The position numbers were made by a program, and so were the translations under genes. A stretch of DNA of 64,000 nucleotides from Mustelus asterias (Eukaryota): NCBI RefSeq assembly GCF_964213995.1, contig NC_135810.1, positions 57,102,001 through 57,166,000 on the forward strand, given 5' to 3'. How positions within the stretch are numbered: position 1 is the stretch's first letter; each line of letters starts with the position of its first letter. This document shows positions 22,684 to 35,960 of this stretch, one piece after another. Under the pieces are notes generated by a model. It was not told the DNA's origin, searched no databases, and worked only from the letters and a program-made list of their open reading frames with translations.

Positions 22684-23002
22684 CATAGAATAGAATCATA
22701 GAATCCCTAAAGCACAGAAGGAGGCCATTCAGCCCATCGAGTCTCCACCCCACAGGTCCTAACCCCGTAACTCCAAGTACTTACTCTGCAAGTGCCCCTG
22801 ACACTAAGGGGCAATTTAGCATGGGCAATCCACCTAACCTGCACATCTTTGGAGTGTGGGAGGAAACTGGAGCATGCGGAAGAAACCCACGCAGACAAGG
22901 GCAGAGATTGCAAACTCCACGCAGTCACCTGAGGCTGGAATAGAACCCTGGTCCCTGATACTGTGAAGCAGCAGTGCAAACCACTGTGCCACTGTGCTAC
23001 CC
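22684..23002 (-). mobile_element. HE1-like V-SINE
   Basis: Reverse complement of the 5871 element including the atagaatc tail. Confidence 0.9.
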
Positions 23003-23732
23003 ACTTAATATGAATTACTTCCTGAAATGCAATTGTTATCTAATTGTGACATTCAGTAGAAGTGCTGAAGCATAATTTAAACCAGATACAGAGACCGATA
23101 TAGAGTTAGTGGGGCTCTGTGCTCAGCTACATTTTTGGAACCACCTCCGGGACGACCCCAGCCCCCTCACCCCGGACACCGCCCCCCCCCCCCCCAACCA
23201 CCCCTCCACCCCCACCACCCCACCCCTAGCTGGACCCAACCCAAACCTACAGGGCATTGGTTATTTTAATGGCGTTTTCACAGTCACATAATGTACTTGT
23301 GCACATTATCTTATCACTCCGGTCCTCGCCACTCAATCAAGTACCTCTAACGAGATGATACAACTTAAAATTGGTATGCAAATAAGCTTTGCCTTGCTCT
23401 TGTGGCACAGATGCTAAGCAAGTGGTGTGTTAATGATCGGATTGAGGTGTGTGCAGTGCTGAGGTTGAGAGCTCACGCCAAACCAAGAGGAACCTCTGCT
23501 GAGCAGCTCAACTTGCAAACAAACATGAGCTTTTGACTGGCTGTGAAATGGGACATGGTGCAATCTGGAGCAATACAATAATTTAATTGGATGGAACCAA
23601 TTTCTGTGGATTGAGAATGGATCTGTTCTGGCTAAATGTCTCAAAATAAATGCTGTAAATATTTAGCAGATGCAGCAGCTTCTGTGGAGAGAGAGAGAGA
23701 CAAAGGTTATGATCTTTCTGATATTGTTGCGA

Positions 23733-24013
23733 GTAGGAGGCCATTCGACCCATCGAGCCTGCACTAACAACAATCCCACCCAGGGCCTATTCCCGTAACC
23801 CCACATATTTACCCCACTACTTCCCCTGACACTAAGGGGCAATTTAGCACGGCTAATCAACCTAACCCACACATCTTTGGACTGAGGGAAGAAACCGGAG
23901 CACCCGGAGGAAACACATGCAGACACAGGGAGAATGTGCAAACTCCACACAGACAGTCACCCAAGGCTGGAATTAAACCTAGGTCCCTGGCGCTGTGAGG
24001 TACCAGTGCTGCC
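23733..24013 (-). mobile_element. HE1-like V-SINE (ends eroded)
   Basis: gaaaccggagcacccggaggaaac V domain. Confidence 0.88.
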
Positions 24014-24126
24014 CAATCTCTTTAGCTTCATGTTGTTCAATTTGTTGCCAATTTCTAGGCTTGAAAAATGTTGCAACATTGATTACTACCCAGTAACATA
24101 AATGTTATGAATAGTTTAAACATTTA

Positions 24127-24440
24127 TCATAGAAGCCCTACAGTGCAGAAGGAGGCCACTTAGCTCATCAAGTCTGCACGGACCACAATCCCACCCAGAC
24201 CCTATTCCCATAACCGCTCTTATCCACCCTGATAGTGCTCTGACAACTAAGGGTCAATTTAGCATGGCCAGTCAACCAAACTCACACACCTTTGGACTGT
24301 GGGAGGAAACCGGAGCACACGGAGGAAACCCACACAGACACGGAGAGAATGTGCAAACTCCGCACAGACAGTCACCCGAGGCCGGATTTGAACCCGGGTC
24401 CTGGCACTGTGAGGCTAACCACTGTGCCACCGTGCCACCC
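24127..24440 (-). mobile_element. HE1-like V-SINE
   Basis: V domain and tRNA head on the minus strand. Confidence 0.88.
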
Positions 24441-24924
24441 ACAATGTTTAGGATAGAGATTAAAGTCTATGGTTAAGCTCAATCTTATAAAACAGCTAAT
24501 TTATCAATAAATTAAGTAAGCAATAGAATTTTCAAAGTACTTTAGGCAGTGGGGTGGGACGGGTGTCATCATGTAGTTTCCCGACTCGCGGTCTCCAGAT
24601 TAATTTCTTCGTTCTCTCTCCCCTTCTTTATGCTGGAGTTTTGGAAAGAAACACTGAAATGGAATAACGCTTTGAGACATCCAGTGGACGTGAACAATGA
24701 AAATGCAACCAGTAAAGTCTTGTTGCACAAAGGAAGCTCCAACAAACAACACATGACCTTTACCACGTAACCTGCTTCTGTGATGCTGGTTGATGGTTGC
24801 AGGACTAGAAGGAAAATTACCCTATTCATCTCAAAATCAGTACCACCCTGAGACCCCATTAATACACACAACAAAAGGGGCTGAAGCCTCAAGAAAAAAT
24901 CGAAACCACCCGCTTTTCCACCTT

Positions 24925-25231
24925 GCGGCACGGTGGCACAGTGGTTAGCACTGCTGCCTCACAGCGCCAGTGACCGAGGTTCAATTCCCGGCTTGAGTCA
25001 CTGTCTGTGAGGAGTTTACACATTCTCCCTGTGTCTGCGTGGGTTTCCTCCGGGTGCTCCGGTTTCCTTTCAGTCTGAAAGATGTGCTGGTTAGGTGCTT
25101 TGGCCATGCTAAATTCTCCCTCAGTGGACCCGAACAGGCACTGGAGTGTGGCGACTAGGGGATTTTCACGGTAACTTCATTGCAGTGTTAATGTAAGCCT
25201 ATTTGTGACACTAATAAATAAACTTAAAACT
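24925..25231 (+). mobile_element. V-SINE variant with alternative 3' tail
   Basis: Same head and V domain, then aaattctccctcag...gcagtgttaatgtaagcct...aataaataaactt. Confidence 0.85.
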
Positions 25232-26084
25232 GTTCCCTCTGAATGAATAGCGGTGCAGTGGAATGGCATCTCCATTGCCTCTCCCTCCATCCTCCCAGCC
25301 ATTGTTTAGTTTAACTCAGACCCTCAGTCAGTTTTCAAACTTTCCTGTCACCGTACTGCCTACAAAGAGAAGGGTTATAATGCAGTAAAATGAATGTGCT
25401 GTGCATCCAGACTGTTTCTCTCTCAGCCTCACACCTCCCATTTTATAACGTATGCCGTAAGCAATTGCCCAGCAATACAATCTGGTGCCTCTGAAAGCTA
25501 GAGCCATGACTCTATTCCCCTCCCTGGAGCCGTGCTGCATTCATTGTAATCATCCCGCATGACTGAAACCTGCAATGCTTTGGTGCAGGCTGTGAGGGCC
25601 GAATGGCCTGGTCCTGTGCTCTATTGTTCTTTGATCTACTGTTCTTTGAGGAGCCCACACACTAGAACTGAGCAATGCCCAGGGACATCACTAGGAAGTG
25701 TCTCCTGTCTCTCAGCTAGACATCTACCCATATTGCCTGGAGCATGCTTGGATTGCTTATCCTGGATCCTCCTTCCTCCCCCACTCTTTCTCTCCCTCTC
25801 CTTTGCTCCAGCTGTAGTAAGCTCACAAGTCGCTTTAATGATTTGTTTTAGTGTCTCAGAGGGGGAGCTGGCAGGAGATATTTTGTGTGCAGCCGAACAG
25901 ACAGTCTCAGCTGAAAGATGGCCCTTCCAAGTTCACTCAGTCAGCATTTTGTGTCCCCCCCCCAACCTGTTTGAGTGCCCTGTACCAAGGGACAGTGTGT
26001 TTCATTGTAAATCCAACCCTGACCAGATACACTTAGATGCATGTTACTCACAGATTCCAAATCTAAAATTCATTTAATGAGCAC

Positions 26085-26610
26085 TGCGGGAGTTCCTTAG
26101 AACAGTGTCCTGGGACCAATCAGCTGCTTCATCAATGACCTTGCTTCCATCAACACTCAAGAAGCTCGACTCCATCCAGGACAAAGCAGGCTGCTTGATT
26201 GGCACCCCATCCACTACCATAAACATTCACTCTCTCCAGCACTGACACACAGTGGCAGCAACATGTACAATCTACAAGAGCAACTCACTAAGGCTCCTTC
26301 AATAGCACCTTCAAAACCCATGACCTCAACCACCAAGAAGGACAAAGGCAGCAGACACATGGGAACACCACCCCCTGCAAGTCTCCCTTCAAGCCGCATA
26401 CAACCCTGACTTGGAACTGTACCATGGTTTCTTCAGTGTGGCTGGGTCAAAATCCTGGATCCTGATCCCAACAGCACTGTGGGTGATTCTGCACCACACT
26501 GACTGCAGCAGTTCAAGAAGGCTGCTCACCACCAGGGGTAGTTAGGGATGGGCAATAAATGCTGGTCTAGCCAACCATGTCCACATCTCATGTTACAATA
26601 ATGTTAAAAA
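26085..26610 (+). mobile_element. Old CR1-clade LINE 3' end with internal deletion
   Basis: ggagttcct...gcttcatcaatgacc jumps to aagctcgactccatccaggacaaagc; 3'UTR gggatgggcaataaatgctgg. Confidence 0.7.
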
Positions 26611-27124
26611 TGTGACCCCAGTATGCCTGTTGTCAAACAGGTCAACACAAACATTAGTTTGAAATTAATTGTGTGAGTGTAAGAATGTATGAATACATCA
26701 AGGCGTTAAATTATCATAATCATAATGCCATTTCAGTTTGATACTGTTTTATATTGCAGGGAGAATTGCAATCGAAACAGATGAATTTGCTAAATGAATC
26801 AGTTAATTAACATCCAGTCTCTGATATCATTCGGATTGATTTGTTGGGCGTGCCGTCCTCCTGTTAGACATTCTGACAGGGAATGTGCACTGATCTCGGA
26901 GCTGTCTCACTTCACTTCATGTGGACAGCTCCTGTCCCGACTCCACACACCAGAAACATCAGAGAGCGACCCCGGACACAAATATATATATATATCAAAC
27001 CTGACGAATCGGAAGCGTCACTTAAGGACGGCACCAAATCGCAGCCTCCCTGGGGTATAATTGCCTGGGGAAAAAGCTTCAAGTCTAGGAACTATTCAGC
27101 GTGGAATGGGAGAAGTGTGAAGCG

Positions 27125-27264
27125 ATGAATGAGAGGACGCCACGGGTGGCTGCGGTTAACTCAGTGACCACCGCAAACCCAGCCAGTGGACGGGAAGATT
27201 ATATTCCAATGAAAAGAGTGAGCAATAAAGAAGCCTACACGTCTCAGTATGGACATTATTTACC
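27125..27264 (+). CDS. Candidate first coding exon of an unidentified host gene (MNERTPRVAAVNSVTTANPASGREDYIPMKRVSNKEAYTSQYGHYLP)
   Basis: gcgATG after an upstream in-frame TAG; CpG-containing unique sequence; strong phase-2 donor cc|gtaagt. Confidence 0.5.
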
Positions 27265-27711
27265 GTAAGTGAAGCGAGCACGGCTCAGCACGATCCTCAC
27301 AATACAACAGCACAATAGTCCATTTCCAGTGTTAAATTGAAGTTGTTCATTTAAGTGTGCAGAATTACACAAAAACTTACGGAAATCTTTGGGAAGTTTT
27401 GTTCTGGAATGCCATTAATAGGCTTGTAATTCTGCATTTGACTTTATAGACAGCTGATTCTGATATATATATTGTTTTTATTTAACATGTATCTGCATTA
27501 TAAAGCAATGCATCGTTAATATTTCGAGGAGGGTTGGTCTTTTTAAATGAAATAATAATTTAAATAAGTTAATATTCTATCGGCCACTGGATTTTGATGG
27601 TTTTAAAGACTTGGTGGAGAGGGGGAGTGGTGGTGAATAGTGTCATCTCCCGGTTAAGCGGCGTTTTTTGAGGCGTTCACTGTCACGCTGTTTAAGTTGC
27701 AGAAATGTATT

Positions 27712-29512
27712 TACATTGTTTAAACTCACCTACACTAACATGCCGTGTAAATTCACCTAGAGTAACATGCTGTTTAAACTCACCTACACTAACATGCTGT
27801 TTAAACTCACCTATAATAACATGCTGTTTAAACTCACCTACACTAACATGCCGTGTAAATTCACCTAGAGTAACATGCTGTTTAAACTCACCTACACTAA
27901 CATGCTGTTTAAATTCACCTAGAGTAACATGCTGTTTAAACTCACCTACAGTAACATGCTGTTTAAACTCATCTTGAGTAACATGTTGTTTAAACTCACC
28001 TACAGTAACCTGCTGTTTAAATTCACCTACAGTAACATGCTGTTTAAACTCACCTATAATAACATGCTGTTTAAACTCACCTATAATAACATGCTGTTTA
28101 AACTCACCTACAGTAACATGCTGTTTATACTCACCTAGAGTAACATGCTGTTTAAATTCACCTACAATAACATGCTATTTAAACTCACCTACAGTAACAT
28201 GCTGTTTAAACTCATCTTGAGTAACATGTTGTTTAAACTCACCTACAGTAACCTGCTGTTTAAATTCACCTACAGTAACATGCTGTTTAAACTCACCTAT
28301 AATAACATGCTGTTTAAACTCACCTACAGTAACATGCTGTTTAAACTCACCTACAGTAACATGCTGTTTAAACTCACCGAGAATAACACGCGGTTTAAAC
28401 TCACCTACAGTAACATGCTGTTTAAACTCACCGAGAATAACATGCTGTTTAAACTCACCGACAGTAACATGCCATTTAAACTCACCTACAGTAACATGCT
28501 GTTTAAACTCACCGACAGTAACATGCTGTTTAAACTCACCTACAGTAACATGCTGTTTAAACTCACCGACAGTAACATGCCATTTAAACTCACCTACAGT
28601 AACATGCTGTTTAAACTCACCTACAGTAACATGCTGTTTAAACTCACCGACAGTAACATGCCATTTAAACTCACCGAGAATAACATGCTGTTTAAACTCA
28701 CTGAGAATAACATGCTGTTTAAACTCACCTACACTAACATGCTGTTTAAACTCACCTACAGTAACATGCTGTTTAAACTCACCGAGAATAACATGCTGTT
28801 TAAACTCACCTACAGTAACATGCTGTTTAAACTCACCGACAGTAACATGCTGTTTAAACTCACCGAGAATAACATGCTGTTTAAACTCACCTACACTAAC
28901 ATGCTGTTTAAACTCACCTACAGTAACATGCTGTTTAAACTCACCTACAGTAACATGCTGTTTAAACTCACCGAGAATAACATGCTGTTTAAACTCACCT
29001 ACACTAACATGCTGTTTAAACTCACCTACAGTAACATGCTGTTTAAACTCACCTACAGTAACATGCTGTTTAAACTCACCTACAGTAACATGCTGTTTAA
29101 ACTCACCTACAGTAACATGCTGTTTAAACTCACCGAGAATAACATGCTGTTTAAACTCACCTACAGTAACATGCTGTTTAAACTCACCGACAGTAACATG
29201 CTGTTTAAACTCACCTACAGTAACATGCTGTTTAAACTCACCTACAGTAACATGCTGTTTAAACTCACCTACAGTAACATGCTGTTTAAACTCACCGACA
29301 GTAACATGCTGTTTAAACTCACCTACAGTAACATGCTGTTTAAACTCACCGAGAATAACATGCTGTTTAAACTCACCTACAGTAACATGCTGTTTAAACT
29401 CACCTACACTAACATGCCGTTTAAACTCACCGAGAATAACACACTGTTTAACTCCACCTACACTAACATGCTGTTTAAACTCACCTACACTAACATGCTG
29501 TTTAAACTCACT
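27712..29512. repeat. 27-bp minisatellite, about 66 copies, consensus ctcacctacagtaacatgctgtttaaa
   Basis: Direct reading; explains the MLFKLTYSN repeat ORF 28145..29521. Confidence 0.98.
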
Positions 29513-31765
29513 TCAACATAAACTTGTTAATTCTGGCACTTGGGTTCTTTACAAGCAACCTCTCACAGTGAATATTGACAGGTTGTTACATAGTTTGCTG
29601 TGACAGATGTTATTGAATGTATTTTAAAATATTTGGGAGTAAGAGTATTTTTTTCTAAGTCAGAAAGGAATATAATGTAATATTAGTTATGTTAGCTCCT
29701 TAGAAAATTAAATAAACTGATTATCCTTTGATGCTGTTATTTCTAAAGGTTAGTTTTCCTCGTTTCCTGCTGCAGAGTTACGGTAGGCTCGTAGCCCGAG
29801 CTGTGTGAGCTCAGCATATCATCCAATGTCCCACAGCGTCAAAGCACTGGGGTGATGCCTAGGAAGGAGTAAAGAGGAACATCTTTGGAGAAAAAACTAA
29901 CTCAGACATTTCTGCAGTGATATAAAATGAGAATGCTTGGTGATTTGTTTTGTGCATTACTACACACTGATATATTCAAGCTGATATTCAGGGAAAGGGA
30001 GACTGTTTTCTAGTGCCTGTCATCCTAATGTTTAATTTAAGAACACCATTACTTTCCTCTAAATTTCACATAATATGAACCACTCGAGTAGGATTTGTGA
30101 CTTGATCCTGTTAAGGATCTCCTTCTCGCAGCTACCTGAAGAATCTGAATAAATATTTGTTTGGGGACAACATTAATTAATGTTCATGGGAAAATAGCCA
30201 GACCTGATCAAATATTCCATAGGGCACAAACTGTCTCTTGTATTGTTGGGATGAAGTGGAGGAAAGTGTTATCTGTGGGAGACAATGGTTCAGGGTGAAA
30301 TAATGGGGGTTTGCATTTGTGAAGCAGTCTAAAGTTTTGTCTGATTGCTTTTGGAAAAGAAGAAGTATTTATGTTCAATGTGCCTTCCAGAAATTAATTG
30401 GGGAAGTAGTCATGACAGAGTGTTGGGTCTGAGAAAGGCTTGATGGGTGAACACCCATTTCTAACTTTATGCCTTTTTTTGAAAGTTACCCAAAATCAAG
30501 CAGTTTAATTATACACAATGGGTGGTCAACCTGTTCCATTTACTTCCCTCTCCATTTTAAAAATCAAACAAATTGCAGTTGTTAATGTACTGTGATGAAT
30601 TTTGCATTGAAAGTGATTCAATTTTTCTAACTCTCTTTCTTACTATTAAGACACTGCTTTTCCCCTTAATCTGTTTTTTTCTGTCTTTTAGACTTCACGA
30701 TATCCAACATTAATTCTCAGATTTAGGTGCTGCAAATGTATTATTTTCTTGCCATACTAAATCTGCATGTTCTTTATCTAGTGTAAAATTGTTTACAGTG
30801 TCACCTATTACAGTTCTCCCCATTACCAGACATTTGTTCAGTGATATTAACCTTGAGGTCACTTACTCTTTCACCTCCATCATTCTGACTGCTCACCCAG
30901 TGGTTAAATATGAAGTTTTCATTGATCTACCTTCCTTTTCTTGCGATCAAAGTCAAATTGTGTTAAAGTTGAGAAATGCTGTTGATTGAGATAGAAACGT
31001 ATCCTGGCCTTTAATATCAGACTGCATGCCTTGCTGGACCTGATCTCAGTAATGAGGAATATCTCACCAGCCACCACTTTATATCTACAACTATAGGGAT
31101 TACAGTCAAATAACTGCTTTGTAGTCTGGCCTGGTAACAGGGTAGGTTTTCAAAAGTGTACATAGCAGTCACAGCTGAGTGACCCTGGCAGTCTTTGGTT
31201 CAAACGGATGCACAATTAATATCTGGTAACAAACAGAAAAAAGCCAGGAGAGATATTAAAAGCCCTGGTCGTGTAAGAAGTACAAAGAGAACTTTTCAAA
31301 TTGAATCTAGTTACAGTAAATTGGATGTTTTCTAAGTTGCTTATCAAGCTCTCTAACGAATGCCTACAGCAGTCATTTCCTCCCTGTATCAATTTTTCCC
31401 AAAGCCTATTGCCAAGGCAACAGAGTGAGGAACAGATTAAAGGGCAAATAATCTCCTTCAGATATCTCAATGTTGAAAAGATGGATCTCCTCACTTGGTT
31501 CCTGGCTATAATCTGGAACTTGTGCCTCGAGAGTCCATTTTATCTTTCCAGCAGGTAAACCACAAACATTTGGGAATATCCCATTTTGTAAAACCATTTG
31601 CCATTTGATGCTTTACTGTCTTCCCTTCCTCCCACTTTACTTACTTCCTGTTTAAACATTTCACAATTTGACCAAACAGGTTCTGGATCACCCTCATCTG
31701 TTTATGTTTCCTAATTGCATGAACATCACTTCTCATTCTCTATTACATTCTAAACACCAAAATCA

Positions 31766-31945
31766 TGGAACTCCCCCCCTGCCCCTCCAAACCCCCCACA
31801 ACAGCACAGTGGGCGTACCTACACCATGGGGACTGCAGCGGTTAAGAAGGCAGCTCGCCATCACCTCTCAATGACAATTAGAGATGGACAATGAGTGCTG
31901 ACCTAGCCAGCAATGCCCACACCTCATGAATGAATAAGAAAAACA
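31766..31945 (+). mobile_element. Old CR1-clade 3' tail fragment
   Basis: gactgcagcggttaagaaggcagctc...aatgcccacacctcatgaatgaataa, homologous to 26500-26600. Confidence 0.6.
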
Positions 31946-32021
31946 CACAAATCTTTCTGTTTTTCAGTCACTGAACAATCATTCATTCCCTTGTGGAGTT
32001 CAGATTTGATTGCTCCAACAG

Positions 32022-33172
32022 CAAGGTGCCATACAGTAGGTTGTTGCATAAGGTTAAATCTCACGGGATCCAGGGTGAGGTAGCTAAATGGATACAAAAT
32101 TGGCTTGATGACAGAAGTGGCTAGGTGGCTGTAGAGGGTTGTTTTTCAAACTGGAGGCCTGTGACCAGCAGTGTGCCTCAGGGATCAGTGCTGGGTCCAC
32201 TGTTATTTGTCATTTATATTAATGATTTGGATGAGAATTTAGTAGGCATGGTTAGTAAGGTTGCAGATGACACCAAGATTGGTGGCATAGTGGACAGTGA
32301 AGAAGGTTATCTAGGATTCAATGAGATCTTGATCAATTGGGTCAGTGGGCTGACGAATGGCAGATGGAGTTTAATTTGGATAAATGTGAGGTGATGCATT
32401 TTGGTAGATTGAACCAGGGCAGGACTTACTCACTTCATGGTAGGGCGTTGGGGAGAGTTATGGAACAGAGATCTAGGGGTATAGATACATAGCTCCTTGA
32501 AAGTGGAGTCACAGGTGGACAGAGTGGTGAAGAGGCATTCGGCATGCTTGGTTTCATTGTCAGAACATTGAATACAGGAGTTGGAATGTCTTGTTGAAGT
32601 TGTACAAGACATTGGTATGGTCACACTTGGAATACTGTGTACAGTTCTGGTCACCCGATTATAGAAAGGATATTATTAAACTAGAAAGAGTGCAGAAAAG
32701 ATTTACTAGGATGCTACCGGGACTTGATGGTTTGAGTTATAAGGAAAGGCTGGATAGACTGGGACTTTTTTCTCTGGAGAGTAGGAGGCTTAGGGATGGT
32801 CTTATAGAGGCCTATAAAATAATGAGGGGCATAGATCAGCTGGATAGTCAATATCTTTTCCCAAAGGTAGAGGAGTTTAAAACTAGAGGGCATAGGTTGA
32901 AGGTGAGAGGGGAGAGATACAAAAGTGTCCAGAGGGGCAATTTTTTCACACAGAGGGTGGTGAGTGTCTGGAACAAGCTGCCAGGGGTAGTAGTAGAGGC
33001 GGGTACAATTTTGTCTTTTAAAAAGCATTTAAACAGTTTCATGGGTATAGAGGGATATGGGCCAAACACAGGCAATTGGGACTAGCTTAGAGGTTGAAAA
33101 AAGGGGCAGCATGGACAAGTTGGGCCAAAGGCCCTGTTTCCATGCTGTAAACCTCTATGACTCTATGACTCT
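32022..33172 (+). mobile_element. 5'-truncated, frameshifted CR1 LINE
   Basis: ORFs 32125..32394 and 32591..33085; TSD aacag at 32017-32021 and 33173-33177. Confidence 0.94.
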
Positions 33173-33476
33173 AACAGAATTCTGGCTGCCTTCCTATTAG
33201 CCAGGATAAACTATGCCAGTTATCCTTGGGGAAAGGTCTATGGGGTGTACACTTGTGTTTGATAAGAAGGAAGAATACTCACCTGAAGTCTGAAGTGATG
33301 AGATATGGGGGATGGTGAGGGGGTGATGGTGGGGGAGGAGGGTTGATTGGAGTTGGGGTTGAGAATTGGCACTGTACCAGATTGAAGCCTGCTTCTGCAA
33401 CCTCTGCTAACTGTGTCCTATTCCCACACCAGGTCCCATTCAATTTCACTCTTGGGCCTTGATCTACATAGGCTTT

Positions 33477-34507
33477 CACTCTCAGCACAGGCCCAGCTCA
33501 CTCTCAGCACAGGCCCAGCTCACTCTCAGCACAGGCCCAGCGCACTGTCAGCACAGGCCCAGCGCACTGTCAGCACAGGCCCAGCGCACTGTCAGCACAG
33601 GCCCAGCGCACTGTCAGCACAGGCCCAGCGCACTGTCAGCACAGGCCCAGCGCACTGTCAGCACAGGCCCAGCGCACTGTCAGCACAGGCCCAGCTCACT
33701 CTCAGCACAGGCCCAGCTCACTCTCAGCACAGGCCCAGCTCACTCTCAGCACAGGCCCAGCTCACTCTCAGCACAGGCCCAGCTCACTCTCAGCACAGGC
33801 CCAGCTCACTCTCAGCACAGGCCCAGCTCACTCTCAGCACAGGCCCAGCTCACTCTCAGCACAGGCCCAGCTCACTCTCAGCACAGGCCCAGCTCACTCT
33901 CAGCACAGGCCCAGCTCACTCTCAGCACAGGCCCAGCTCACTCTCAGCACAGGCCCAGCACACTCTCAGCACAGGCCCAGCACACTCTCAGCGCAGGCCC
34001 AGCTCAGTCACAGCACAGGCCCAGCTCACTCTCAGCACAGGCCCAGCTCACTCTCAGCACAGGCCCAGCTCACTCTCAGCACAGGCCCAGGTCACTCTCA
34101 GCACAGGTCCAACTCACTCTCAGCACAGGCCCAGCTCACTCTCAGCACAGGCCCAGCTCACTCTCAGCACAGGCCCAGCTCACTCACAGCACAGGCCCAG
34201 CTCACTCACAGCACAGGCCCAGCTCACTCTCAGCACAGGCCCAACTCACTCTCAGCACAGGCCCAGGTCACTCTCAGCACAGGTCCAACTCACTCTCAGC
34301 GCAGGCCCAGCTCACTCACAGCGCAGGCCCAGCTCACTCTCAGCACAGGCCCAACTCACTCTCAGCACAGGCCCAGCTCGCTATCAGCACAGGCCCAACT
34401 CACTCTCAGCACAGGCCCAACTCACTCTCAGCACAGGCCCAACTCACTCTCAGCACAGGCCCCGCTCGCTATCAGCACAGGCCGAGTTCACTTACTCTCA
34501 GCACAGA
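33477..34507. repeat. 22-bp minisatellite, about 47 copies, consensus ctcactctcagcacaggcccag
   Basis: Direct reading; 66-bp/22-aa periodicity in ORFs 33413 and 33459. Confidence 0.98.
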
Positions 34508-34559
34508 TCCTCTCTTGCTCCTCCCCTGCGTGCTCCAGTGCTCCCTCCTTGAATGGAGT

Positions 34560-35364
34560 CAGGAATCTCAGCTTGGGCATCCCACCGCCCCTCTTCACTC
34601 GCTCATGGTGGTTGTGAGCAAGCTTATCCTGCAGGGAAACAAATGGAGATTGTATGATCTGGCCACTTGGTGGGTCAGGTGTTGGTGAAGTCTGGCGTAT
34701 GTGGGCATGGTGCGTGAGCAGGAAGGGGTTGTGAGGAGAGGAGTTCCAGGGGTCTGAGGAAGCTTATGGGATGTCGGGTGCTGGAGCCCTGCTAGGTGGC
34801 AACATGTGGGGTCAAGGTGGCTTTCTGAGGGGTGACAGCAAGGTAGAGTGCAGAAAGGGTACCTGAAGTGCTTACCCTGGCAGAATGGAGTAGCTCGATC
34901 ATCTTTTTACGGCATTGCACCCCCATCCTCTTGTGGAGGGTGCTGGCACTCACCAGTGCTGGCACCATCTCCCAGATGGGGTCTGTGACCTTGCTGGAGG
35001 GTCTCCTGCCAGCCTGAGGGTAGATTGTTTCTCTTCTCTCCTCCACGGCATCCAATATTCTAGCTGGGGCACCCCACTATCCCCGTAAACCTTGGAGCTG
35101 GCTTCCTCACTGCCATCCTCCCGGATTGAATGAGAGCAAGTGTTGTGGAGCTGTTTAATTGCAGCGTCCCTTTGATTAAAGTGTTCAGATCACCCTGGGC
35201 GGGTGAATCAGATCATTCACGACACAGTCGCCTTTCACATGGGGAAATGTTTTCCTTCAAAGTGTCTAAAAATTGTGGTCTGGGTCGTGCTATCGGGGCC
35301 GATAGGATTCGCATTGGTTTTCACACCGAAAGCGACACAGCCAAAATTTAGGAAAGTTCTGCCC
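34560..35364 (-). mobile_element. Harbinger element end with Myb/SANT-like DNA-binding exon remnant
   Basis: ORF 34792..35055 DAVEERR..YP..GRRP...WE.V...VSA.....QCRKK, followed by donor agg|gtaag; TIR gggcagaactttcc at the right end. Confidence 0.8.
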
Positions 35365-35624
35365 AGTGCCTTTCAAAACACATTCTTCCAGAATGTTCTT
35401 AGTCCTTGAAGATGAATCATTTTCTGTGATTATAGTGCTCATGACAATATACAGATTTTGATACTTCCTTGCCTACATCAAACACCTTACAGTTTTCAGT
35501 AACTGGAAACATATATACATCTTGTTTAATTAACTTCTGAAGTGACATTTCTGACCTCAGAATGTCCCTGAAAATTATGCATTTTGAAATGTAGTCTCTG
35601 CTTTGAGGGAACTGGATATTTGGA

Positions 35625-35805
35625 GAATTCACCTGCTTTTCTTCAGATAGCAATATGAGATCTTTTACATGCAGGATCTTAGTTTGACATTCAGTTGAGG
35701 ACATCTTGCACAGTAGTCCCTCAGCTCAGTATTGGAGTGGCAGCTGGATTATGTGTTCAAGTCGATCGAATTGGGTTTGAATTCACGACCTGACTCAGAA
35801 GTGAG
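35625..35805 (-). mobile_element. Old DeuSINE-like (SacSINE1/AmnSINE1-related) fragment
   Basis: gatcttttacat...ccctcag...ggattatgtgttcaagtc...tgactcaga. Confidence 0.55.
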
Positions 35806-35960
35806 ATTTAAAGGTTTGTGCACTCAGCTGCTAAAAAGCCATGGCAGTTTAAACAAATAAAATGTTAAATAATTTATTAGTCTGTTTGGCAGAGCACAGC
35901 TGGAAGATTAGAACAGAACATAAATTAATTTGAAGACAAGCAACATCTTATTAAGGAATT

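Noticed and set aside
27712-29512. CRISPR-like constant/variable alternation and a 458-aa ORF
   Set aside because: Variable part is only about 6 bp and reused; eukaryotic context with no cas genes; the ORF follows from a 27-bp stop-free unit
31301-31558. ORF ending at a donor-like cag|gtaaac with a hydrophobic MDLLTWFLAIIW stretch
   Set aside because: No convincing acceptor or homology; plausible by chance
33413-34688. 379- and 409-aa ORFs
   Set aside because: Translations of a 22-bp minisatellite with no splice or domain support
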